From: a virus
Taxonomy: Duplodnaviria > Caudoviricetes
DNA length: 50,360 nt
Virus record (IMG/VR): IMGVR_UViG_3300037743_000183
Coordinates: 1-50,360 of that record
Reading direction: 5' to 3' (one strand)
Below the pieces are notes generated by a model. The model was not told the origin of the DNA, ran no database searches, and saw only the letters and a list, made by a program, of their open reading frames with translations. Shown here piece by piece: positions 42,532 to 50,360 of this stretch. The position numbers were made by a program, and so were the translations under genes. Within the stretch, counting starts at the first letter, position 1, and each line of letters begins with the position of its first letter.

Positions 42532-43978
42532 GATCCGATCCCTCCCGGGCCTGTAACACCGCGACCTCGTCCCGGCTCAGCTCAACCCCGTACTCGGCGG
42601 CCAGCAGCACCGCACTGGCCTCGATCTCCTCCGCCGCCGGCAACGCCTGCCCAACCTCCTGGGGCACCACCCCCGACGGGGTCAGGAACACGTCCCCACC
42701 CGGCACCGCCGCCAGGCCGACCATCTGCCGGAAGTCGTTGCGGGTGATCCCACCCCGCGCCAGCGCCTCAGTGCCCCGCTGCCACAACGCCCCGGCCGCC
42801 TCCTTCAGGGCGAGCACCCCGGAGTTGTCCCACGCGGTCATCACCCGCCGCCGGCCCACACCGGCGAAGCGGGGCAGCAGCCGCGACCGGACCGGCTCAA
42901 TGAAGCGGCGCTGCTCGGAGAACATCGCCTCTTCCCAGAAGCTGAGCCGCGCCTCCCGGTAGTCCTTGTACGCGTTGTGGGTGAGCCCAAGTTTCGTGCC
43001 GACCAGGATCGGCTCCACCCCGAAGGCCATGCAGATCCGCGCCTCGGACACCTCCCGAAGGTCCGGAAACTCCAGATCGGTCAGGTTGTACACCATCTGG
43101 TGAATCTTCATGCCCTTTTGCAGGAACGCCGGATCACCCTTACGGTTCCCGCCGAACGCCTCCCGCCACTTCGCCTTCAACCGCTTGTGCAGCGCGTCGG
43201 TGATCTCCTGCTCGGTCTCCACCACCACACTGGGCATGGCGTGGTTACGGAGCATCGTGTCGACGAAGTCGGTCGCGGCGTTGTCGAGGGTGGTGGCCCG
43301 GGCCGCCGGCCGAAGCGGCGGCTGCCCGAAGTAGCGAGAGGCCGGGTTCAGCGGGTTCGGGTTCGGATACCTAATCCTGATCATGAACTCTTCGGCGCCC
43401 CGTGCCCGGGGGGAGCCGGCGTCGGGGATCGGCACCATCAGCTCCGGCCGGTCCGGGTTCGGCCGGTACACCCAGATGTAGTCACCCGGGTCCCGCGGGT
43501 TGGGTAGCACCCCAACCAGGTCCGGCCGCACCGGCCACACCTGGGACGGCAGCCCATCACGGCCGTTGACCACCAGCCAGAAGCAGGTGCCCGCCAAGTC
43601 CTTGTACGTCACACTCAGCTCGAAAAACTCGAACTCGTCCGTCACCGGGTTAGGCGTCTCGAACAGCCGGCGTAGCCGGTGGTCGTCGATCGCAGGGCCG
43701 TTACCGGCCGGGGTCGGTGAGGCACCCCACGGGTACACCCGGATCACCGACTGGGGAAGCGACTCCGCCCGGTAGCGGATGCACGCGTACACCAGCTCGT
43801 TGCGGCCGTACCCGGCGGTCGCGTAGTTGGCGTAGCTGCCGTCCTGTTCGAGCATGCCGGCCAGGTTCGGCCCGCCGGCGCCGGTGCCCGACGGGATGGA
43901 CATGAACCCTTGCCGACCGTCGACCACCGCCAGCTGCTTACTGGCCGGTGGCGGCTTCGGCCCGGTCAACCAACCCAC
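42521..43978 (-). CDS. portal protein (HK97-like)
   Basis: VYACI, PNP, G.P..WPVRPD, N.AMP, RIC.AFGV.P..VG. Confidence 0.93.
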   Translation of the reverse strand: MGWLTGPKPPPASKQLAVVDGRQGFMSIPSGTGAGGPNLAGMLEQDGSYANYATAGYGRNELVYACIRYRAESLPQSVIRVYPWGASPTPAGNGPAIDDHRLRRLFETPNPVTDEFEFFELSVTYKDLAGTCFWLVVNGRDGLPSQVWPVRPDLVGVLPNPRDPGDYIWVYRPNPDRPELMVPIPDAGSPRARGAEEFMIRIRYPNPNPLNPASRYFGQPPLRPAARATTLDNAATDFVDTMLRNHAMPSVVVETEQEITDALHKRLKAKWREAFGGNRKGDPAFLQKGMKIHQMVYNLTDLEFPDLREVSEARICMAFGVEPILVGTKLGLTHNAYKDYREARLSFWEEAMFSEQRRFIEPVRSRLLPRFAGVGRRRVMTAWDNSGVLALKEAAGALWQRGTEALARGGITRNDFRQMVGLAAVPGGDVFLTPSGVVPQEVGQALPAAEEIEASAVLLAAEYGVELSRDEVAVLQAREGSDRGW

Positions 43979-43982
43979 GGTC

Positions 43983-44345
43983 TCACGCGTTCCAACCGGT
44001 GAACAACGACCCGGCGCCGAGGATCAGCCCGGCGGAGATCAACGCGAACCCCAGGCCGAAGCTGAGGCCCACCCCGACCGGGATGAGCACCACCGCCGCG
44101 GGGGCCGACACCAGCGCGGCCGCCCGCCGGCTGTGCGCAGTCACCCACCCGCGGCCGAATGAGACCGTGTCACGTAGCCGGGTTCCGGCCCGCCGCGCCC
44201 AGACAGCCACCAGGGCGGGGGTGGGGACCGCCCACAGCACGGCGGCGGCGGCCAGCAGCGCCCAACCCGGGCCGGCGAGTACGGCGACACCGGCCACGGC
44301 ACATCCGCCGACCAGCACCGCCCGCGCTCCGGCGACACGCTCCAC
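43983..44345 (-). CDS. multi-TM small protein preceding the portal
   Basis: Four hydrophobic segments; usual pre-portal position. Confidence 0.65.
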   Translation of the reverse strand: MERVAGARAVLVGGCAVAGVAVLAGPGWALLAAAAVLWAVPTPALVAVWARRAGTRLRDTVSFGRGWVTAHSRRAAALVSAPAAVVLIPVGVGLSFGLGFALISAGLILGAGSLFTGWNA

Positions 44346-44424
44346 GGCGGCATCGTAACACCGTGGCCTTCAAAACGAAGGCTACTAGCAGCCCAAACCT
44401 TTGATTCTGTGGCACGATGGGGCC
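44346..44424. promoter_or_regulatory. symmetric divergent leaderless promoters
   Basis: Leftward TGT-TACGAT-gccgcc-GTG; rightward TGG-CACGAT-ggggcc-GTG; internal inverted repeat gccttc-aaaac-gaaggc. Confidence 0.65.
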
Positions 44425-44547
44425 GTGAGCGACACAACCTCCACCCCCGAGCCGCCGGCTCAGGTGACCGCTCAGATCGACCTGTCGGTGGCCGCCGGGC
44501 AGCCCATCCCGCAGCCGGACCCCGAGCCAGACCCCGAGGAGGAGTAG
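44425..44547 (+). CDS. 40-aa peptide, absent from ORF track
   Basis: MSDTTSTPEPPAQVTAQIDLSVAAGQPIPQPDPEPDPEEE; starts 6 nt after the -10 element. Confidence 0.55.
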   Translation: MSDTTSTPEPPAQVTAQIDLSVAAGQPIPQPDPEPDPEEE

Positions 44548-44552
44548 CCGAG

Positions 44553-45074
44553 ATGAATACGCGTATCGCAGGGCTGGCCGCGCTGGCTCTCGCTCTGCTG
44601 CTGGTGGGTGGTGTCGCAGTCGCGTCCATCCCAGCCCCTGACGGCACCATTAACGGTTGCCGGCAGGACAGCACCGGCAACCTGAGGGCGATCGATTCTG
44701 AAGAGACCTGCCCGTCTGGCTGGTCGCCGCTGAACTGGCCATCTCAGGACCGTTACGCCCACTGGACTGACGGTTGGCGTGGCCGGCAGGCTCCGATCAC
44801 CAGCATCCCGGCCAACAGCACGGCAACGGTGACGGTCGATTGTTTCAGCGGTCCATTTGGCGATCCGAATGACGTGATGATCTACGCCGAGTACACGCTG
44901 TCAGATGACCCCGACCTGAAGATAACCAGGTGGTGGCCCAACCACAGCAGCGGCTTGGGATTGCTTTCCAACCAGTGGTCACTCAGCGTGAAGAACAACT
45001 CTGACACAACTGCGACGGGGAACCCTCTAGCCCGGCTAATCGGGTACTGCGTCGACGGCGACCCATTCCCCTGA
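44553..45074 (+). CDS. secreted protein
   Basis: GGAGGAG RBS; signal peptide; SIP.PDG.I.GC..GNLR.ID..C..L.W domain. Confidence 0.75.
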   Translation: MNTRIAGLAALALALLLVGGVAVASIPAPDGTINGCRQDSTGNLRAIDSEETCPSGWSPLNWPSQDRYAHWTDGWRGRQAPITSIPANSTATVTVDCFSGPFGDPNDVMIYAEYTLSDDPDLKITRWWPNHSSGLGLLSNQWSLSVKNNSDTTATGNPLARLIGYCVDGDPFP

Positions 45075-45092
45075 GAAGAGAGAGAGTAAGCC

Positions 45093-45434
45093 ATGGCTGG
45101 CGACACAGCGCTGCTGAACGCGGCCGCCGATGCGGCTGGGCTGAACCTGGAAGGCGCGTTCTTTGCTATCCAGGATGGCAACACGAACGCGGACCAGACG
45201 TCCGACCAGCGGCTGGCCCCGGATTACAACGCCGCATCGGGCGGGGTGGCGGCGCTTGCGGCGACGCTGTCGTTCACCGGTCCGAGTTCCCAGGCCGTAT
45301 CGCACCTGGGCGTGTGGGACACCATTGGCCCCACCGGTGGCAACCTCCGGTTCGCGGTCGACCTAGTCGGAGACCTGTTCTATAACGCCGCAGGCGACTT
45401 GGATCTCACCGCCGCACCGATCACCGTCACCTGA
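45093..45434 (+). CDS. small fibre/minor structural protein
   Basis: R...YNAASGG..LSF..VSHLGVWD..TGG.L pattern of actinophage small fibre proteins. Confidence 0.65.
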   Translation: MAGDTALLNAAADAAGLNLEGAFFAIQDGNTNADQTSDQRLAPDYNAASGGVAALAATLSFTGPSSQAVSHLGVWDTIGPTGGNLRFAVDLVGDLFYNAAGDLDLTAAPITVT

Positions 45435-45444
45435 GGAGGATGAC

Positions 45445-45759
45445 ATGGCCGCTGGATTCAAGGCGCTGCTCGACAAGACCCAGATCAACACCAGGATCGG
45501 TGGGATCTCGGTGAGGTTGCGTGAGGTGTTCGACGAGATCGAACAGTTCAACGCGTTCTTCCAGGCCGAAGGCGTCGCCGGGCTGGTCGCCAACTTCGGC
45601 TTCGACCCCACCGACACGGTCAACGCACCCGATGCCAACCTGGTCGGCACGGTGAACAACGAGTACGAGCAGCTGAGGCAGATCTACCTGGGCGCCCAGG
45701 CGCTGGGCACCGCCAAGGACTTCCGCGCCTTCGCGCCTCAGGTCGAAGCTCTGCGGTAG
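45445..45759 (+). CDS. helical hypothetical protein (fibre chaperone-like position)
   Basis: GAGGAGG RBS; clean codon pattern. Confidence 0.7.
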   Translation: MAAGFKALLDKTQINTRIGGISVRLREVFDEIEQFNAFFQAEGVAGLVANFGFDPTDTVNAPDANLVGTVNNEYEQLRQIYLGAQALGTAKDFRAFAPQVEALR

Positions 45760-45768
45760 GCCTGACCT

Positions 45769-48486
45769 GTGCCGACCGTCCGCCGGCTGGACGCCGATGA
45801 TGATGTCGTCTTCGCCGCCGGGTTGGGCGGGCTCGACAGCTTCGCCTTCGGCACGTTCGCGTTCTTGCTGCGGCCGCTGGCCGCCTACGACTCCACAAAC
45901 AGGACGTTGCTGGCCGCCTACGACTCGACCGGCGCCGTGGTCGGGAAGATCGACCTCAGCCTGAACAACAAGGTCCAGTGGTGGTCGGGCGGGTCGGGCG
46001 GCAACGGCCCGATCGTCACCGCTGATGACTGGCATCTGCTGGTGGTCCGCAAGGCGACCGGTACCGCGCAGGTCCGGTTCAGTTTGCTCAACCTGGTCAG
46101 CGGATGGACCCACGTTGACACCGCGGGCACGTTCGCCGACTGGGTGGCACCGACCGGCGGCACCTGGCACACGTTCGACCCCGTGTCCTCTTGGGGTCCA
46201 GGTTCCGACCTCGCGGCCATGGCGGTCTGGGCGAACGAGCTGCCGTGGGCCGCCGACACGTTCGGCGACGCGGAGATCCAGGCGGCCGTGCTTGAGGACC
46301 ACCTGAACAACTGGCGGGACGCGGCCCCGACCGCCGGGTGGGCGTTCTTCCAACCGCTGGCGATCCACAGCATCGAGGACTTCACGCTCGACCGGGCCGA
46401 TGAGATCAGCACGGCCGTAGGTGTCCCGACCGACGCCACCGACCTCGATTTTCAATACGAGGACGCCGGCCCGCTCGCATTGAGCCGGAACTTCCTACGC
46501 ACCACCCAGGACGAGCCCGGCGCCGGCGGTATCGTCCGGGACCTGTCCGAAACCCAGGGCACCCCGACCACCCTCAACTCGGGCAGTACCAGCAGCGGCG
46601 GCTTCACGAAGATGCTCGAATGGGTGCGGACCGTGGGTGCCACGGTCGGCTCGGCCACGATCTCCACCCAGCTTCAGGTCACCGACGTGTCCGCGGCCAC
46701 GCTCAGCTACAAATGGCAGGTCCACCGCTACAACTCCGCCGGGGTGCTTCAGGCCGACTCCGACTTCTCTGGCGAGCACAACACGACCGGCATCAAGGTC
46801 GCGACCCTCACACTGAGCACGACCTGGTCGGCCGGTGACTGGCTGGGGTTCTCGTTGTGGCTGCGGAAGGCCGGTGGCGGCGGGTCCCGCAGCATCACCG
46901 TCGCCGTCAACGATGCCGACTCGTGGGCCGAGTTCGAGGTGGCCGAGGTCTCGCCGGCCATCGTCACCGCCGCCATCCCCCTCACCGTCACGGTCGCGCC
47001 GGCTGTGGCCGCCGACCACGCCGCCACCGCCAACATACCGCTGACCGTGGCGGTTGCCCCGACCGTCGCGGCGCCAAGCGCCACCGGACTCATCTCCGGT
47101 GAGGTGTCGATCAACCCGGCCACCCTGTCCTGCGCCCCCGGCGAGCGGCTGATCTGCATAGCGTTCTCCCGCGGCGGCGGAACCGCATTCGGCGTCACCC
47201 CCGACGCCGGCGGCGGCGTCTGGACCAACCGGGTGGCCGAGGCCACCGTGCCGGGTAACGACCTGGCCCGCCGCTCCCTCGGCGTCGCCGAGCTCGTCCC
47301 CACCAGCGGCATCACCGACGGGCTGTTCACCGCCGCCTGGTCCGCCGACCCCACCGACGCCATATGGCTACGCGTCCAGGAGGGCGGCGCGTTCGGGTTC
47401 GCGGATGCCGCGGTCGCCGACTCTGACACCGGCTCCGTCACGTCCCTGGCCACCGGTGACACCGCCTCGATCCCGGCCGGTGACCTACTGCTGCTGGCCG
47501 CCGCCGCCATCCGCGACGGCGGTGCGGCCGGCACCGGCTGGGCCGCCGCCGCCATAAACCCGGCGTTGGTAGCCGGCGGGAACCTGCTCCTGGACGCCTA
47601 CGCCGGGAAGGGCGCCGGGGGGAACGCCGGGGTCGGCGGCTACCTGATCCTCGACAGCCAGCCGGCCGGGGTCAGGGCGGACACGGTCACCCTCCCCGGC
47701 GGGGACGCCGCCAAGCGGATCACCGTAGCGCTGGTCGTCTGGTCCACCGGCGTCACCACCACCCCCCAGGTCACCGCCTCGATCCCCCTGACGGTGACGG
47801 TTGCCGGCACCACCACGGCCGAACACCAGGTGACCGCCGACTTCCCGCTGGCCGTGGCGCTGGCCGGCACCGTGGCCGCCGCGCATCAGGCAACCGCCGG
47901 GGTGGACCTGACGGTCACACTGGCCGGCACCGCCGACACCGACCACACCGTCACCGCTGGGGTGCCGCTGGCGCTCAGCGTGGCGCCGGTGGTCGACGCG
48001 CCGGAGGTTGGCGCCCCGGCCGAGGTGACCGCCAACATCCCCCTCACGGTGACCGTGGCCGGCACCGCGCAGGCCACCTACCAGGTCACCGCCGCCGTGC
48101 CGCTGGCCGTGGCCGTCGCCGGCACCGTCCAGGCTGAGCACCAGGCCACCACCACGCTCCCGCTGGCCCTGACCGTCGCCCCGGTGGTCGACGCGCCCGT
48201 GCCCGGCGCACCCAACCAGGTCACCACCAGCATCCCCCTCGGACTGGCCGTGGCCGGCACCACCGCCACCGGCTACCAGGCCACCGCCGGCATCCCGCTC
48301 ACGCTGACGATCACCCCGACTGGGCACAACGACCGCGCGGTCACCGCAGCGATCACCCTTGCTCTGGCGCTCGCGGGCGTGGTCGCCTTCCCGCCGCCGC
48401 CCTACGAAGCCATCCGCACCAGCCTCGACGGTGCCACCTATGCCACCGGAATAGACGGGCGAACCCGAACCATCACCGTCGAATAG
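45769..48486 (+). CDS. large fibre/adhesin-like protein: LamG-like N-terminus, beta-sandwich domains, Val/Thr/Ala repeats
   Basis: DDWHLLVVRK..AMAVW LamG-like pattern; about 9 QVTAxIPLTVxVAG repeats; ends RTITVE. Confidence 0.75.
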   Translation: MPTVRRLDADDDVVFAAGLGGLDSFAFGTFAFLLRPLAAYDSTNRTLLAAYDSTGAVVGKIDLSLNNKVQWWSGGSGGNGPIVTADDWHLLVVRKATGTAQVRFSLLNLVSGWTHVDTAGTFADWVAPTGGTWHTFDPVSSWGPGSDLAAMAVWANELPWAADTFGDAEIQAAVLEDHLNNWRDAAPTAGWAFFQPLAIHSIEDFTLDRADEISTAVGVPTDATDLDFQYEDAGPLALSRNFLRTTQDEPGAGGIVRDLSETQGTPTTLNSGSTSSGGFTKMLEWVRTVGATVGSATISTQLQVTDVSAATLSYKWQVHRYNSAGVLQADSDFSGEHNTTGIKVATLTLSTTWSAGDWLGFSLWLRKAGGGGSRSITVAVNDADSWAEFEVAEVSPAIVTAAIPLTVTVAPAVAADHAATANIPLTVAVAPTVAAPSATGLISGEVSINPATLSCAPGERLICIAFSRGGGTAFGVTPDAGGGVWTNRVAEATVPGNDLARRSLGVAELVPTSGITDGLFTAAWSADPTDAIWLRVQEGGAFGFADAAVADSDTGSVTSLATGDTASIPAGDLLLLAAAAIRDGGAAGTGWAAAAINPALVAGGNLLLDAYAGKGAGGNAGVGGYLILDSQPAGVRADTVTLPGGDAAKRITVALVVWSTGVTTTPQVTASIPLTVTVAGTTTAEHQVTADFPLAVALAGTVAAAHQATAGVDLTVTLAGTADTDHTVTAGVPLALSVAPVVDAPEVGAPAEVTANIPLTVTVAGTAQATYQVTAAVPLAVAVAGTVQAEHQATTTLPLALTVAPVVDAPVPGAPNQVTTSIPLGLAVAGTTATGYQATAGIPLTLTITPTGHNDRAVTAAITLALALAGVVAFPPPPYEAIRTSLDGATYATGIDGRTRTITVE

Positions 48487-48495
48487 CCCACATGA

Positions 48496-50091
48496 TCAGA
48501 TGAAAATGTCCGGATCCGGCACAACCTCCGAGCCCTTCACCACCAACCCCAACAGCGCCAACGTCGCCGTATACAACGGCCCCAACTCCGATGATGAGCC
48601 CTTCTTCACAAACACGAACGACCCCGCGCCCAAATCCAGACGGCGGGCCTGACCCACCGCCCGGTCCAACACCGGCTGCCCCAAATGAAACAGCCGCAGC
48701 CCATCATCAAAATCCCGGCCCGGCCGCACCTCCCCCGTCGCATCAAAAAACCGGCCACACGCCCCCGCAATATCAGGCTGAGCCGGGGTCAACACATCAA
48801 TCCCCCGGTTCTTCAACGGCTGAACCAACGACGCCGCCGGCCTGCGCGGATCAACCACCACCGTCCACGGCAGGTGATCGGCCACCATCTCCACCGCCCG
48901 CCGCTCAATCCACTCCACACCAACCGCACCAGCCGGCACCCGACCACCCGGCTCCACAATCTCCACGTGATACTGGCCGTCCTCGCGGTAGCCGGCCACC
49001 CCGATCCAACCCCGGTCCCGCTCCTCATTCATCTCCACCGCCAACGCCGGCCGGCCCGCGATGCAACTCCCCGGGTCGTACCGTTCATCCCAGGTCAGCT
49101 GTGATACCAGCGTCCACCGTGGTGTCGACTCCACCGGCTCCCACCCCAAATACTCGGCGTACAGGTCCACCAGCGGCATCCCCGACTCGAAATCCTCACG
49201 CACCGCCCGCTCCGGCACCGTCAACCCCAACCCCGGCATACACGAATACCACGTATCCGGATCCTGCGGGTCCAACCCATCGGCCGCCGCGAAGTCGAAA
49301 AACGCCATACCATGCCGCACCCCAGCCTCCACCCGCTGCCGACCCAACACACGCTTCGCCCGCAGATACGGCCACTGATCCGGCCGCACCCGCGACAGAC
49401 CCGGGATCATCGACAGCACCCACAACTGACGCCCCGGGGGCAGCTGCGCCCGGGTCATCATCGCCGGCCGCATCCCCAACTCCGTCCGGTTATCCGGCCG
49501 CGACCACGCCTCATCAATCACACCCAAATCCAGCGTGTCACCCGTACCACCCGTCTTCCCCGTCGTACTGCCCGGCGACCACATCGACCCGTTCTCCCAC
49601 ATGATCGCCTCACTATTGCGCTGCAACCGGTCATCGAACCGCCGCCGCGGCCGGTAGTACGACGACCTCTTCAACCGCTTCAGATGCACATCCCGCCACT
49701 TCTCCCTCGCCTTGTCCGCCGTCTGCGCCGTGTACAACACCACCTGCCCATCCGGCACCGGCAGCGAGATACCCAGATGCTCCCGCGCCCAGGCGACCAG
49801 CGACCTATCCAACGTCGTGCACCGGTGAGTCATCACCGGCAACAACATCTCGGTCTTCCCGGTCGCCTGCCGTGGCCCGATCACCACCACCTCGGAGTAC
49901 GCCAGCAAACCAGTGGCCGGATCCAGCTCGAACGCCACATCGACAATCCGCCGCTGATGAGGCATCAACGGCTTACCCAGCCGCCGGGCCACCTCCGCCA
50001 CCTGCGGCCCCAACGTCGGACGCTCCGGGCTCCGCGCCGTCCCATGCAGGGGTAGGCATTCCCTCGTCCTCCCCACTACCGCCGCCGTCAC
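48496..50091 (-). CDS. terL: terminase large subunit
   Basis: LMPHQ, PRQATGKT (Walker A), YTAQT, LGVIDEAW (Walker B), EYLGW. Confidence 0.92.
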   Translation of the reverse strand: MTAAVVGRTRECLPLHGTARSPERPTLGPQVAEVARRLGKPLMPHQRRIVDVAFELDPATGLLAYSEVVVIGPRQATGKTEMLLPVMTHRCTTLDRSLVAWAREHLGISLPVPDGQVVLYTAQTADKAREKWRDVHLKRLKRSSYYRPRRRFDDRLQRNSEAIMWENGSMWSPGSTTGKTGGTGDTLDLGVIDEAWSRPDNRTELGMRPAMMTRAQLPPGRQLWVLSMIPGLSRVRPDQWPYLRAKRVLGRQRVEAGVRHGMAFFDFAAADGLDPQDPDTWYSCMPGLGLTVPERAVREDFESGMPLVDLYAEYLGWEPVESTPRWTLVSQLTWDERYDPGSCIAGRPALAVEMNEERDRGWIGVAGYREDGQYHVEIVEPGGRVPAGAVGVEWIERRAVEMVADHLPWTVVVDPRRPAASLVQPLKNRGIDVLTPAQPDIAGACGRFFDATGEVRPGRDFDDGLRLFHLGQPVLDRAVGQARRLDLGAGSFVFVKKGSSSELGPLYTATLALLGLVVKGSEVVPDPDIFI

Positions 50092-50302
50092 GAACCACCT
50101 CCCGCAGCTGATTCAACGTCACCCGCAGCTCCGCCACCAGCTTCACAGTGGTCGACGGGCCATCATCCATCCCCCGAGTATCAATTGCCCGGCTGAGCAC
50201 CAACGCCAACTCCGCCAGCGTCGACTTGCCAACCTCACCCATACCGTCCAGATCCCGGCGAACCGCAGCCTCAACCCGCCCCACCCGCCGACGCTCAGCC
50301 AT
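49973..50302 (-). CDS. terS: terminase small subunit
   Basis: Directly upstream of terL; LAELALVLSRAID..ELRVTL helical hairpin. Confidence 0.7.
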   Translation of the reverse strand: MAERRRVGRVEAAVRRDLDGMGEVGKSTLAELALVLSRAIDTRGMDDGPSTTVKLVAELRVTLNQLREVVRDGGGSGEDEGMPTPAWDGAEPGASDVGAAGGGGGPAAG

Positions 50303-50360
50303 CTACAACCCTCACTGTCAGAACTGAAAAATCGGACGATACACACATAACCCCGACGAC

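Noticed and set aside
44346-48495. Recombinase-invertible tail-fibre switch or diversity-generating retroelement
   Set aside because: No flanking inverted repeats, no alternative fibre ends, no reverse transcriptase and no template/variable repeat pair seen
50340-50360. 21-bp terminal repeat as a biological DTR or att core
   Set aside because: Length matches a common assembler k-mer overlap and it lies far from the integrase; best read as a circularity artefact

Overview
The window looks like a complete, circularly assembled genome (identical 21-bp ends) of a temperate, very GC-rich siphovirus of an actinomycete. It encodes WhiB, an HK97-type head and a non-contractile tail. Most genes are on the - strand. 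An early/replication operon runs leftward from a cro/repressor switch at about 18.1 kb: two ParB-like genes, two DNA methyltransferases, HIT, WhiB, YqaJ-RecT, RuvC, a replication initiator with an internal origin, and HNH. It continues across the junction into terS/terL. The late operon runs portal, protease, capsid, glycosyltransferase/methyltransferases, tail, then lysis. A + strand fibre-like cassette separates terL from the portal, with a symmetric divergent leaderless promoter between that cassette and the portal operon. The most unusual items are: (1) a ~490-nt promoter-driven non-coding region made of paralogous, covarying long hairpins separated by CAGACA linkers (22105-22590); (2) an operator-flanked operon for a putative R-S-E ADP-ribosyltransferase plus an HTH protein next to the integrase; (3) a PhoD phosphatase fused to a tail hub-like protein; (4) a GT4-FkbM fusion and a second methyltransferase inside the head module; (5) a repressor plus short arm-less integrase layout resembling integration-dependent immunity. 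All calls come from reading motifs by eye; no database searches or folding programs were run.
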